A stretch of 64,000 nucleotides of DNA from an uncultured bacterium. GTDB taxonomy: Bacteria; Babelota; Babeliae; Babelales; Vermiphilaceae. Both the position numbers and the translations under genes were made by a program. The notes beneath the pieces are model-generated. The model was not told where the DNA came from. It worked only from the letters and a program-made list of their open reading frames with translations, and did no database searches. The stretch is taken from positions 722,407 to 786,406 of the forward strand of contig OY969806.1 in the NCBI GenBank assembly GCA_963703265.1, read 5' to 3'. Positions 10,378-19,816 of this stretch are shown here, in pieces (position 1 is the first letter of the stretch; every line of letters starts with the position of its first letter).

Positions 10378-11909
10378 ATTGTTATTTCTGTTTTAAGTTC
10401 CATTGAAGTTTTTCCGCCATGATTTTTTAATAATGCGATAATGGCATAATATTTTTCATAATGGTTTTGATTGTTTTTATGCTCTTTTTCTTCTTCTTCT
10501 TTAATCTTTAATTTATTCATTTCTGTTATTATATATTTTTCAACAGATTTATCATGTTCTTCTTCCTGAAGTATTTTTATGGATTGTTCTGCCAGATCAA
10601 GAGGAGTTTTTTGTCTTATATTTAAATTATTGATAATTTCAGGATGTTTTTTGATTAAGTGCCGACAAATATTTAAATAATTATCCGTGGTGTATTTAAA
10701 TGATTTAAACCTACAAAGGTAATGCAGCAGACTTTCTCTATCACAATTTGGAGAATATGGACTAACATTATTATTAATGTAGAATTCTATTAATTTTGGT
10801 GAATGTTCTCTATGAATACATTCCCATAAAACATTGTATTTAGAGCGGTCTGTTGCTTGTCGGTCAAATGTTTTTTGATTCATGAATATTTGTGCTACAT
10901 GAATTGTTTGAATGGAAAAAAAATTGGGCTTATTTAACCATTTTTGATTGGGGCTTGTATTGTAATTAAATAATATTTCAAGCATCTCAGTATCACCGCG
11001 CCATATAGCATGTTGAAGTAAGGATGTTTTTTGGTATGCATCATTACGAGCGCCTGCGTATGTAAGGAATAATGCTGCTTTTCTGTTCTGCCAATAATTG
11101 TCGGAACTTGCTGTTTCCAGAAAATTGTTCATTTCGAAGTTTATTTTTTGAAGATCATGATATTTTTGGTATAGTTTTCCTATTGTGATAAGTAATGTGT
11201 TTTTGGTTTTACATGAGTCAGATATTCGTGACAGAGGTGACGTAGTAGTAAAATAAGAATTCTTTTCTATAAGCTCAAGACTTGTTGGAAGTGTATGGCA
11301 TGATTCACATATTAGACATTTAATAATTGTTTTAATAGAAAAAATTGTGTGTTTTTTTAGCCGCTCATGATTGAGACTTGTATTGTTACTAAGTAATCTT
11401 TCAAGCACCTCAGTATCAGAGAGATTTATGGCAAGTTGAAGTAAGTTTGTATTCCATTCATTAAGGTGAGCATCTGCGTATGTAAGGAATAATATTACTT
11501 TTCTGTACTTCTGATAATTGTCGGAATTTATGTCTTGCTGAAAGCGGTTTATTACAAAGTCTCTTTCGTCGTGACAATAATAATTTTGGCTTACTTTTCC
11601 TATTGTGATAAGTAATGAGTCTTGGTTATTACATGCTTTACATAAGCTACGCATTTTGAAAGCTGGTATGGCGATATCTTTAAAATATTTTTTTTGATTA
11701 ATAATGCTGAAGGCAATGATGAGATTGATACAATTTTGTGGTAGTAGTGGTATATTTGTGAGATCAGGTTTGGTTGGTTTTATTTTGTTATATCTAAGTA
11801 TTTTTAATTTTTGTGTTGTGTCAATGATCATGCATAATACATATGTATTATGAGTTATTAGTAAAGTAACTATAATGATAATGTTAATAGTATAAAAATT
11901 TGTTTTCAT
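10374..11909 (-). CDS. Ankyrin-like repeat protein with an N-terminal TM/signal, a weak F-box-like segment, and an internal 140-aa tandem duplication
   Basis: Long ORF. The ATG at 11909 (MKTNFYTINIIIIV) is preferred over the TTG at 11936. ANK-like segments (LLQHAIWRGDTEMLEILFNYNTSPN, TPLDLAEQS). The stop codon lies inside the ligase relic. Confidence 0.7.
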   Translation of the reverse strand: MKTNFYTINIIIIVTLLITHNTYVLCMIIDTTQKLKILRYNKIKPTKPDLTNIPLLPQNCINLIIAFSIINQKKYFKDIAIPAFKMRSLCKACNNQDSLLITIGKVSQNYYCHDERDFVINRFQQDINSDNYQKYRKVILFLTYADAHLNEWNTNLLQLAINLSDTEVLERLLSNNTSLNHERLKKHTIFSIKTIIKCLICESCHTLPTSLELIEKNSYFTTTSPLSRISDSCKTKNTLLITIGKLYQKYHDLQKINFEMNNFLETASSDNYWQNRKAALFLTYAGARNDAYQKTSLLQHAIWRGDTEMLEILFNYNTSPNQKWLNKPNFFSIQTIHVAQIFMNQKTFDRQATDRSKYNVLWECIHREHSPKLIEFYINNNVSPYSPNCDRESLLHYLCRFKSFKYTTDNYLNICRHLIKKHPEIINNLNIRQKTPLDLAEQSIKILQEEEHDKSVEKYIITEMNKLKIKEEEEKEHKNNQNHYEKYYAIIALLKNHGGKTSMELKTEITI

Positions 11910-11992
11910 ATAAATGCCTAATAGTTTACGGTGCAAAGATTATTTAATGTTTGTAGTAATTTTATTATATATTACATAAATGTGTCAAATTA

Positions 11993-13759
11993 TTATACAA
12001 ATTGATCATTGTATAATCGTTTAATTTCATGATCAGTCGTTGCTTCATGCGCACTTTTATCTAATCGATAATCCATAAAACGTGGAAAGCGTAGTGCATA
12101 TCCTAAATTTTTAGTAGTTTTACCAGCGCTGTGCAGTGGTGAGAGGGTAATTTCATCAGCACGTACTCGACAAACAATCTCAGGAGTTATCCATACATCA
12201 GGATACAATTCTTTAGCACAGTCTACATTTTTTGGTTTATGTTCAACTATAAGTGTATCACATTTTTTCTTGAGCGTGCGCCATTCGTCATCGGTCATAC
12301 CGGTACCAATTTTTGCAACAGTTTGGAAAATATCTTCCTTTTGATTGTATACGCCCACTAAAAATGCACCAATACCAAAATGTGCACGCTTACCTTTACC
12401 CGCATAGTATCCAAGAATAACGCAATCGATGGTATCTTCAAGATGACCTTCTTCTTGTCGTTTTAATTTAATCCAATTAAAGTTACGTTTTCCTGGTTGA
12501 TAAAGAGCATCAGGGCGTTTTACCATAATGCCTTCAAGTCCTGTTGCCACGGTTTCAAGAAAATAATTTTCTAGTTCTTGTGCATTGTGTATTTCTTTAT
12601 GTTTGATAACAAAAAGATGTGGTGATTTTATGCCGTACATAATTTTTTCAAGTTGTTCATGGCGTTTAATGTATGGTACATCGAGATAACTTTTATTATT
12701 AAGATATAGTATATCAAACAAAAATAGCTGAAGTGGAAATTCCGTTGCTGCTTTTTCTACGCCATGTTTACGTTTACGTTTTACCGTTTCTTGAAATGGT
12801 AAAAATCCGTTAGTATTTGGATCATATCCAATCGCTTCACCTTCGCAAATAAGATTTTTAACATCAAGTTTATAAAGTTCTTTTATTAAGTCGGGAAACA
12901 TCGCTGACATATCTTGTAAATTGCGAGAAAAAAAATGAATTTCTGGATCTGTTTTTGTTTTACCCTCCTTCGTTAAAACTTTGGCGGACATGTCAAGATG
13001 AATTTGCAGTCGAAAGCCATCTAGTTTTGGTTCAGCAACGCATGTTCCTAGTTTTTCATAAATAGTTTTTGCTGTTGGCATTCGCTCTGCAGCGGCAGGT
13101 AAAATAGGAGTGCCAAGTTTAATATGCATATGCTTGATAGCGTGTATTCCGTGTTCTTTGAGTGTGTGCGCAATGAGTCCGATATCCGCGCAAATATTAT
13201 ACGCATTTTCAAGATCGGTATGAAGTGATTTATTGCCGACCTCCATCCATGATAGCGCATCAATAATAGTCATATCAGAAAAACCAAGCCGTAATTTACC
13301 ATTGATGATGCGTGCAACGAATTTTGCTGAAAGAGGATCAAGGTTGTAGAATAATTCTTTGATGATGGTGATTTTTTCTTCTTGAGAACCTGAACCACCA
13401 GTTTTTTCAAGAGTACAGAGCGTTGTATATACATCCGTAACGGATAATATTTTTTTATTTTCCCATTCATATTCGCTCAACACCAGTCCGATATCACCAA
13501 GATGTTTTGCTTTTTTTTGAACAGTTTCTTGCGATAGATTTAAAAAATCAGCAACCGCTTTGATTAAATTTTTTTCAGCAATATTAAATTTTGTACCAAT
13601 ATGTTGCGGATGCAGTTGGCCAAGAGAAAGGTAGGTGATGATTTCTGCTTCATGCGCGGATGTTTTTTTGAGTAAATGAGCAAGTAGGCGAGTTATTTCT
13701 AAGCGTGCTGTAATTGGTTCAATGTCATTAAAGCATTGTGCTACTTCAATAAATTTCAT
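11993..13759 (-). CDS. lig: ATP-dependent DNA ligase, three-domain Lig1/archaeal type
   Basis: Motif I AEPKLDGFR (adenylated Lys), EGEAIGYD, LFLFDILYLN, EGIMVK, and C-terminal OB motif RFPRFMDYR. N-terminal DNA-binding domain MKFIEVAQCFNDIEPITARLEIT. Start moved to the ATG at 13759; the longer track ORF runs into plsY. Confidence 0.9.
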   Translation of the reverse strand: MKFIEVAQCFNDIEPITARLEITRLLAHLLKKTSAHEAEIITYLSLGQLHPQHIGTKFNIAEKNLIKAVADFLNLSQETVQKKAKHLGDIGLVLSEYEWENKKILSVTDVYTTLCTLEKTGGSGSQEEKITIIKELFYNLDPLSAKFVARIINGKLRLGFSDMTIIDALSWMEVGNKSLHTDLENAYNICADIGLIAHTLKEHGIHAIKHMHIKLGTPILPAAAERMPTAKTIYEKLGTCVAEPKLDGFRLQIHLDMSAKVLTKEGKTKTDPEIHFFSRNLQDMSAMFPDLIKELYKLDVKNLICEGEAIGYDPNTNGFLPFQETVKRKRKHGVEKAATEFPLQLFLFDILYLNNKSYLDVPYIKRHEQLEKIMYGIKSPHLFVIKHKEIHNAQELENYFLETVATGLEGIMVKRPDALYQPGKRNFNWIKLKRQEEGHLEDTIDCVILGYYAGKGKRAHFGIGAFLVGVYNQKEDIFQTVAKIGTGMTDDEWRTLKKKCDTLIVEHKPKNVDCAKELYPDVWITPEIVCRVRADEITLSPLHSAGKTTKNLGYALRFPRFMDYRLDKSAHEATTDHEIKRLYNDQFV

Positions 13760-13848
13760 AGAAGTCCTGTTATTGGTATAGAAATTTTTTTTTATCATGA
13801 ATAAAGTTATATGTATGAACAATAGCGAGATACACACAAGAAGGCAAT

Positions 13849-14430
13849 TTAATTGTTTGGAAAGCATGTTTTCCAATATGCATTGATATTAGATCGATGA
13901 GTGCTTATAATCCATAGTGCAGCAAAAAGTGAAAACAAAAAAAATGGAATGTCATAGAATTTATACGCAAGAGCTGGTAAAAAAATTACGGTAATTATTG
14001 ATGCAATACCAACGGTAGGCGTGATGGTAAGTAGTACAAGCCATAAGGAGAAAAATAATCCAGTAACGTATATATTAAGCGCCGCAAAAAGACCGCAGAG
14101 TGTTGCGCCGCCTTTGCCACCACTTCCACGCAGGAATATGGAATAACCATTACCAAAGAGTACTATGCAGGAAAAAATATAGATATATTTAAGAGAAAAA
14201 TAGGGCAATATTATATGGATAAAGAGGAATGCTTTTCCTGCATCAAGTAAAAGAACAAGAAAAAAGTAGTGCAGGCCTAAAAAACGAGAGACATTTGTTG
14301 CACCAATATTGCCTGATCCATGCGAGCGAATATCAGTAATTCCTTTTAATCGTGCAATAATATAACCGGTTGGTATAGCTCCGATGATGTAAGCACAAAG
14401 TGTTGTGATTATAAAGGTTATAATGTTCAT
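13849..14430 (-). CDS. plsY: Glycerol-3-phosphate acyltransferase PlsY
   Basis: GSGNIGATNVSR motif, about 5 TM helices, typical length. Confidence 0.9.
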   Translation of the reverse strand: MNIITFIITTLCAYIIGAIPTGYIIARLKGITDIRSHGSGNIGATNVSRFLGLHYFFLVLLLDAGKAFLFIHIILPYFSLKYIYIFSCIVLFGNGYSIFLRGSGGKGGATLCGLFAALNIYVTGLFFSLWLVLLTITPTVGIASIITVIFLPALAYKFYDIPFFLFSLFAALWIISTHRSNINAYWKTCFPNN

Positions 14431-14593
14431 ATATTTTCCAAAATTATTTTATATACTTAATTATTTTTATTTAATCATATCATTATTTTTCATTAAAATC
14501 GAAAAGAATTGTTTAGTGGTTTTAGCTAATATGTGTTATAGATGAGGGGAAAAATATTTTTATGTAGATCTCTATCATAAAGGAGCGTTGAGA

Positions 14594-15442
14594 ATGAAGA
14601 AAAATATTGTGATAATCGCATGTTTATTGGCCTTGCCAATGCGTGGTATGGAGCCGCAACAAAAAAAATTACAACCATATACTATAGTTGTGCATAATAC
14701 GCAAATTGTTTTGAAAAATAGTCCGTTATATACCGTTGATAAAACAGTGGGCATTGTAGGTGTTGGTAGAAACTGGCAACGAAAACTTCAAAAGCCAAAT
14801 TTTGGAGATAATAAATATATTGGAAGCACGGAATGTTTAAGTAATCAGGATGAATTATCTCTTTTGAGTTTTACTGGCACGGCAACATATGATTCTTATA
14901 TTATAGGTCAAGAGCTGTGGAAACAAGCTCAGTGTCACCCTATAGATAATTTAATATTGCGAGTTGTAGAACCAGATATTACAAAAAAAAAGGATTATAA
15001 AACTAAACAATACGATTGGTATTATTCGGTTCAACGCAGTACTGATAAAGAAGAGATGAAATCTATAGGATTTGAAACAACGGTTACCGGAGAATTGGCA
15101 GTTGAAGAAGCATTAACAGATTTAGGTTTATGTTATACTATTCTTTTATCTGACGGAATAAAAAATTTGGATAAGTTTAAACAGCGCGAGAAGAGCATTG
15201 CGTTGTCTGCGCTTGGTGCTCATATGGGGTTTCCAGAAGGTAAAGAGGCATTTATTTTAGTAAAGGCGATTATTGATTATATTGAAAAGAATGCGTCCAA
15301 TAAGGAAAAAAGTTATAAAAGAATTCACGTGCATGCGTCGGAAAATGAATTTAGTAATTATAAAAGAATTTTTGATGAAAAAATTTTAAAAAAAGAGTCA
15401 ACTGAGCAGGCGGAATATGCTACTAGTTGTGTTGTATCATAG
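14594..15442 (+). CDS. Secreted hypothetical protein ending in the CaaX box CVVS
   Basis: AAGGAG at 14580-14585, then ATG at 14594. Signal-like MKKNIVIIACLLALPMRG-MEPQQ. C-terminus ...EYATSCVVS*. Confidence 0.65.
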   Translation: MKKNIVIIACLLALPMRGMEPQQKKLQPYTIVVHNTQIVLKNSPLYTVDKTVGIVGVGRNWQRKLQKPNFGDNKYIGSTECLSNQDELSLLSFTGTATYDSYIIGQELWKQAQCHPIDNLILRVVEPDITKKKDYKTKQYDWYYSVQRSTDKEEMKSIGFETTVTGELAVEEALTDLGLCYTILLSDGIKNLDKFKQREKSIALSALGAHMGFPEGKEAFILVKAIIDYIEKNASNKEKSYKRIHVHASENEFSNYKRIFDEKILKKESTEQAEYATSCVVS

Positions 15443-15513
15443 TTTAGATTGGTGAAAAAGCGTGTGAATTAATCGATATAAACATGTTTTGTAAAAAAAA
15501 TAAAAGTAATATT

Positions 15514-16113
15514 TTAATACGGGTGATTTGAATTCTTTGGTGCGTAATTATTGATCAAAAATGAAAAATAATTACGCGCACTTATCAATGATAATAATGT
15601 TGCTATCAATAACAATACTATTTCAGTTCCATTCCAATAAAAAGAAGTCATTCCAAGAGATTGATAAGGATTAGTGATAATAAAAGTAAGACATATGATT
15701 TGGGCAACTGTTTTAAGTTTGCCCCACGATGATACGGTGATTGAACAATTATTTTCTAAAGCAATAATGCGTAATGCCATAATAAAAAATTCTCTACCTA
15801 TCCATATAATGGCCCAAAAAAAATGAATTTTGTGTGCTGCAATGAGTGCGATGAGTGTTGAATATAATAAAAATTTATCGGCAACGTGGTCAAGCATGGC
15901 CCCGAGCGGTGTTTCTTGTTGATATTTGCGAGCTAAATAGCCATCAAAAAAATCAGTTAATCCAAATAAAAAAAATAGTATCGCTAAGCTGCAATTGAGC
16001 CACATGATATTATAAGGTAATAGATAAGCTAAAAGAAAGGGTAGAATTAGAGGAGAGCCTATTAATCGGATATACGTAAGAATCATTGGAAGTGAGTAAT
16101 GAATATTGGTCAT
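15514..16113 (-). CDS. pgsA: CDP-diacylglycerol--glycerol-3-phosphate 3-phosphatidyltransferase
   Basis: CDP-alcohol phosphatidyltransferase motif DFFDGYLARKYQQETPLGAMLDHVADK. Polytopic. Confidence 0.9.
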   Translation of the reverse strand: MTNIHYSLPMILTYIRLIGSPLILPFLLAYLLPYNIMWLNCSLAILFFLFGLTDFFDGYLARKYQQETPLGAMLDHVADKFLLYSTLIALIAAHKIHFFWAIIWIGREFFIMALRIIALENNCSITVSSWGKLKTVAQIICLTFIITNPYQSLGMTSFYWNGTEIVLLLIATLLSLISARNYFSFLINNYAPKNSNHPY

Positions 16114-16139
16114 AAGAGTTGATCGTCTATAAATTTTTC

Positions 16140-16216
16140 TGGTAGCGACGCAGGGATTTGAACCCCGGACCTACGGATTATGATTCCGCCGCTCTAACCA
16201 ACTGAGCTACGCCGCC
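16140..16216 (-). tRNA. tRNA with CAT anticodon (elongator Met or lysidine-modified Ile2)
   Basis: The reverse complement folds as a 77-nt cloverleaf: GGCGGCG/CGTCGCT acceptor (two G-U pairs), GCTC..GAGC D arm, loop ATCATAA, TTCAAAT T loop, encoded CCA. It lacks the initiator GGG/CCC anticodon stem. Confidence 0.85.
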
Positions 16217-16261
16217 ACTAATATTTCATGGTTATTTAATGATACATTTTATAATATATCA

Positions 16262-17815
16262 TTAAATAGAGAGTTTTTGAATACTAAAGTTATCTAAAAT
16301 AAATTTAAAAAATGATCGCAAGAAAAACAACGTTGCTATAAGTGTTGCGATAATTCCTAACATAAGCGTTACGGCAAAGCCTTGAATAGGTCCTGAGCCT
16401 AAATGATATAATACAATACCACTTAAAAAGGTAGTAATATTACCATCTAAAATGACACCCATTGCACCAGCAAATCCTGTATCAACAGCTTTTTTTAAGC
16501 CTGATCCTGCAGCAAGTTCTTCCTTGATTCGTTCATAAATTAAAATTGATGCATCAATTGCCATACCAATAGTGAGTACCATTCCTGCAATGCCAGGAAG
16601 TGTAAGTGTTGCATGCATCCATGCAAGGCCAAGTAAAATAAAAATAAGATTATATACGAGCGCCAAGAATGCTAATAGGCCGCATAGTTTATAGTAATAG
16701 AGACTAAATAAAAATGTAAGAGCAAAGCCGGCAATGCATGAATATAGACCACTCTTAATTGATTCCGCACCCAGCGACGGTCCAATTTGACGTTCTTCTT
16801 CAAAGGTGACTGGAGCTACAAAAGATCCTGATTGTAATAGGTATGCTAATTTTTTTACTTCAGCACTTGAAAAATTACCGGTGATTGATCCAGATGAACG
16901 GATTGCAGTGTGTATATTTGGTGCTGAAATTACTTCATTATCAAGGACGATTGCAAGTTGACGTCCAATATTTTTGCTGGTAAGTTCATAAAATTTATCA
17001 CCACCTTCTGTGTTAAATGAGAATAAAACAATTGGCTCAACGGTTGTTTGACCTCCCATTGAAGCTTTTGCACTTTCAAGCATTCCACCATTTACTTTGG
17101 CATATTTTTGTACAACATAATATGAAGGTTGTCCATCATGGCGTTCCCCTGGTAATATTTGTAAATCATCAGGTAGATCTCCATCATATTCAAATAATAG
17201 TTCGTTTTCACTTGAACCGACTTTTTCCACAATTTTAAACTCAAGAATGGCAGCACGGCCAATCATTTCTTTTGCTTCTTGGGGATCTGCAACGTCAGGA
17301 AGTTCAATAATAATCTGTTTTTCCCCCTGCGGTGCTATAGGAATTTCAGCAACACTGAATCTATCAAGGCGCGTGCGAAGTATTTCAATATTACGTTTTA
17401 CGGCATTATTTTTGATGCGTTTTTCAGCGCCCTCAGAGAAACTTAAGGTAATTGTATTTTTGTTAACTGTTTGATTGATTTCACGTGTATCTGTCTTGAG
17501 GATACGAACAGCATCTTGCGCTTGCTGATTATTTTCAAAGGTGAGAATTATTTTATTGTTTTGAATTGTTTTTGAAATAGGCTTAATGGTTCGTTCGTGT
17601 TTAAATTTTGTTTCAATAGCATGAAGTTTACTTAAAAGTTCTGCTTGCACAGCTTTATCTGTTTGAACTTCAAGTGTTAAGTATGTTCCACCAACAAGAT
17701 CTATACCAAAACGTAAGGTTTTGCGTAATGGGTAGAGAAAATAAAGACCTACTATACACAACAATAACCATATCATTAATTCGGAACTTGCTATGCGTCG
17801 TGCTGTTAATTTCAT
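16262..17815 (-). CDS. secD: Protein translocase subunit SecD
   Basis: N-terminal TM, large periplasmic domain, C-terminal 5-TM block with the DASILIYERIKEE motif. Confidence 0.9.
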   Translation of the reverse strand: MKLTARRIASSELMIWLLLCIVGLYFLYPLRKTLRFGIDLVGGTYLTLEVQTDKAVQAELLSKLHAIETKFKHERTIKPISKTIQNNKIILTFENNQQAQDAVRILKTDTREINQTVNKNTITLSFSEGAEKRIKNNAVKRNIEILRTRLDRFSVAEIPIAPQGEKQIIIELPDVADPQEAKEMIGRAAILEFKIVEKVGSSENELLFEYDGDLPDDLQILPGERHDGQPSYYVVQKYAKVNGGMLESAKASMGGQTTVEPIVLFSFNTEGGDKFYELTSKNIGRQLAIVLDNEVISAPNIHTAIRSSGSITGNFSSAEVKKLAYLLQSGSFVAPVTFEEERQIGPSLGAESIKSGLYSCIAGFALTFLFSLYYYKLCGLLAFLALVYNLIFILLGLAWMHATLTLPGIAGMVLTIGMAIDASILIYERIKEELAAGSGLKKAVDTGFAGAMGVILDGNITTFLSGIVLYHLGSGPIQGFAVTLMLGIIATLIATLFFLRSFFKFILDNFSIQKLSI

Positions 17816-17917
17816 CTAAATAACTCCTAATATAAAACTAAATGCATCTCTACTTTTTTACGTTAACTTTTTTCTTTTATTGTCGATGGCTTGCCATACG
17901 AAGCTTTACGCGAAGTA

Positions 17918-18004
17918 TGGTGCCAGGGAGGGGACTCGAACCCCTACAGGATTTCTCCCACAGCCACCTCAAGGCTGCGTGTCTGCCAATTTCACCACCC
18001 CGGC
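17918..18004 (-). tRNA. tRNA-Leu (GAG)
   Basis: 87-nt class II tRNA on the minus strand: GCCGGGG acceptor, anticodon loop TTGAGGT, long variable arm, TTCGAGT T loop, encoded CCA. Confidence 0.85.
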
Positions 18005-18103
18005 ATGAAGAAAATATAATGTATTTTTAGTATAACGATAAATAATCTATTATCAATCTTTAAAGCTATAATTACGAAAAAATATGATGCTTTTGTTTAT
18101 CAC

Positions 18104-19264
18104 TTATTTACCAAAAAACATAGTATAAGGAAGTTTGATAATAGTGATTATAGATTTAAACAAGTTTTGAATTTTGGAGATAATCCAATTAATTAAACCA
18201 GTTTTTTGTTTTGGTTTTTCTTCTTCTTTTTCTTGTTCAGCAGCTTCAACTTCTCTTTGTTGTTGTTCTTCCTTTTCTTGTAAAGCAAGTTGTTCAGCAA
18301 CACTTTTAAAGGTGACTCCTTTTTCTTTTAATACAATTATGCGTTGTTGAACTTTGGTGATATGATTGCTTGTTTCATAGATAAGAGTATCAAAATGTTT
18401 TAAAAAACTTTGTTCAAGATAGGTACTTATATTTTTGATATTACGAGCAGCCCCTTCTATCATATAATATAACTCCCGAGCTTTTGTATCATTTAATATG
18501 TGTGCAATTTCTTTAAAATTTTTCCATGCTTGTGTTTCAAGATTTCTTGCATTATTAATTTGTTGCATTAATTTATCTAAAGCATCATCAATTGCATGAT
18601 CGAGATTAGCGATAGAATCAACATCCATTTTAAGTTGTTTTAGTGAATCTTGTTCTTCTATAAGTGATTCAAAAGATTCACGTTCTTGTTCGTTAAGAGA
18701 TCCTTCTTGTTCTCTTTGTTTGTCGAGAGAATCAATTTGCTCAGCAAGAATGATTTGTAATTCTCCAATTCTTAACCCAATATTGACATAAAAAGGTTCT
18801 AAAATATTGCGATCTAAATCATTTCGCTTGATAAAAAATTCAGTACGAGATCTCCATATTGCATCAACAAGAATTCTTATTTTTTCATATCGTTCTTCAG
18901 CTCGTTCCCACCAAATACGTTTGAATAGCCAATTTCCCTGTGCTTCTTCAAGGGAAACAGTATCGATTCCAATAGGGCTTTGTAAAATAGGCGTTTCAGT
19001 TATTGTAGAAGCTTCTTCTACTGTTGGTTCTGGAACAGCAGGAATTTCAACAATGTGAGGCTTAGCAGGTTGTTGACTATCATTAGTTTTTGGCTCTGAT
19101 GGTTGTTTAATAGATTGATTTTGTTCAGTTTCTAATGCTTGAGTAGATTCTTTAGTTTGTTTTTGTTCGCTTTGTTCATTGGGTATATTAATTGTTTCTT
19201 CTTGTGTGGTAGAAGGAAAATGTAATCCAAGTAACATGAGTGTTAACATTTTAAAAATACGCAT
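18104..19264 (-). CDS. Secreted E/Q-rich coiled-coil protein, unknown function
   Basis: Signal peptide MRIFKMLTLMLLGLHF, long heptad-like acidic helices, amphipathic hydrophobic C-terminus. Confidence 0.65.
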   Translation of the reverse strand: MRIFKMLTLMLLGLHFPSTTQEETINIPNEQSEQKQTKESTQALETEQNQSIKQPSEPKTNDSQQPAKPHIVEIPAVPEPTVEEASTITETPILQSPIGIDTVSLEEAQGNWLFKRIWWERAEERYEKIRILVDAIWRSRTEFFIKRNDLDRNILEPFYVNIGLRIGELQIILAEQIDSLDKQREQEGSLNEQERESFESLIEEQDSLKQLKMDVDSIANLDHAIDDALDKLMQQINNARNLETQAWKNFKEIAHILNDTKARELYYMIEGAARNIKNISTYLEQSFLKHFDTLIYETSNHITKVQQRIIVLKEKGVTFKSVAEQLALQEKEEQQQREVEAAEQEKEEEKPKQKTGLINWIISKIQNLFKSIITIIKLPYTMFFGK

Positions 19265-19286
19265 GAGATTAACCTTTTTTTTTGAT

Positions 19287-19748
19287 TTAAAGCGAGACTG
19301 AGAGCTCTTCTATTTCTTCCATTAACGCTTTTGATAGTTCTGCAGCTTCGGATGAAGTGTAGCTCCATCGTACACCACTTTCTACTTTTACAAGAATTGA
19401 ACGATCACTTTTAATATCAATAATATCAATACGTACTACATTCATAAATGGATGAACTATTGAGGGTGCTCGTACAACTCCTGCGCGTCCTAAAATACTG
19501 TAGGCGATATTTCCTTCATCTAAGAAGCACAGCATAACTTTCTTTTGCCATACCATATTGTGGTAGCCGGTATGATCTTTATTAATGGTGAGTAAAATAC
19601 TTTCAAGGCCCTTGGCAGCAACACATTGCACGGGAGTTGTATTAGGTAATCCTTTTTCAGAAAAAGTTGCAAGAATACCAACTGTTTGTCCTTTTTTCAA
19701 AATAGCCAATAAATCTTCTGGTAATTTTACGCCAACATGTTTTGCCAT
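19287..19748 (-). CDS. Pyridoxamine-5'-phosphate-oxidase-like (split-barrel FMN-binding) family protein
   Basis: Size and the pattern GILATFSEKGLPNTTPV...VMLCFLD...ILGRAGV resemble the PNPOx-like fold. Assigned from memory. Confidence 0.45.
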   Translation of the reverse strand: MAKHVGVKLPEDLLAILKKGQTVGILATFSEKGLPNTTPVQCVAAKGLESILLTINKDHTGYHNMVWQKKVMLCFLDEGNIAYSILGRAGVVRAPSIVHPFMNVVRIDIIDIKSDRSILVKVESGVRWSYTSSEAAELSKALMEEIEELSVSL

Positions 19749-19816
19749 GAATACCCTAACATTTCATAAATATTATCAATAATATACAATTTTAATTTAT
19801 TAGATAAAAATGAGAA

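Noticed and set aside
14640-14660. Reading the G-M-E junction as a prepilin (type IV pilin) G/F-M cleavage motif
   Set aside because: In prepilins the hydrophobic helix follows the cleavage site and Glu is at +5. Here the hydrophobic segment precedes the Gly and Glu is at +2.
16140-17815. secD without an adjacent secF
   Set aside because: Downstream of secD are a tRNA and pgsA. secF may simply be encoded elsewhere. It cannot be assessed from one window.
17842-18030. 62-aa ORF
   Set aside because: It overlaps the tRNA-Leu(GAG) gene on the opposite strand. Spurious.
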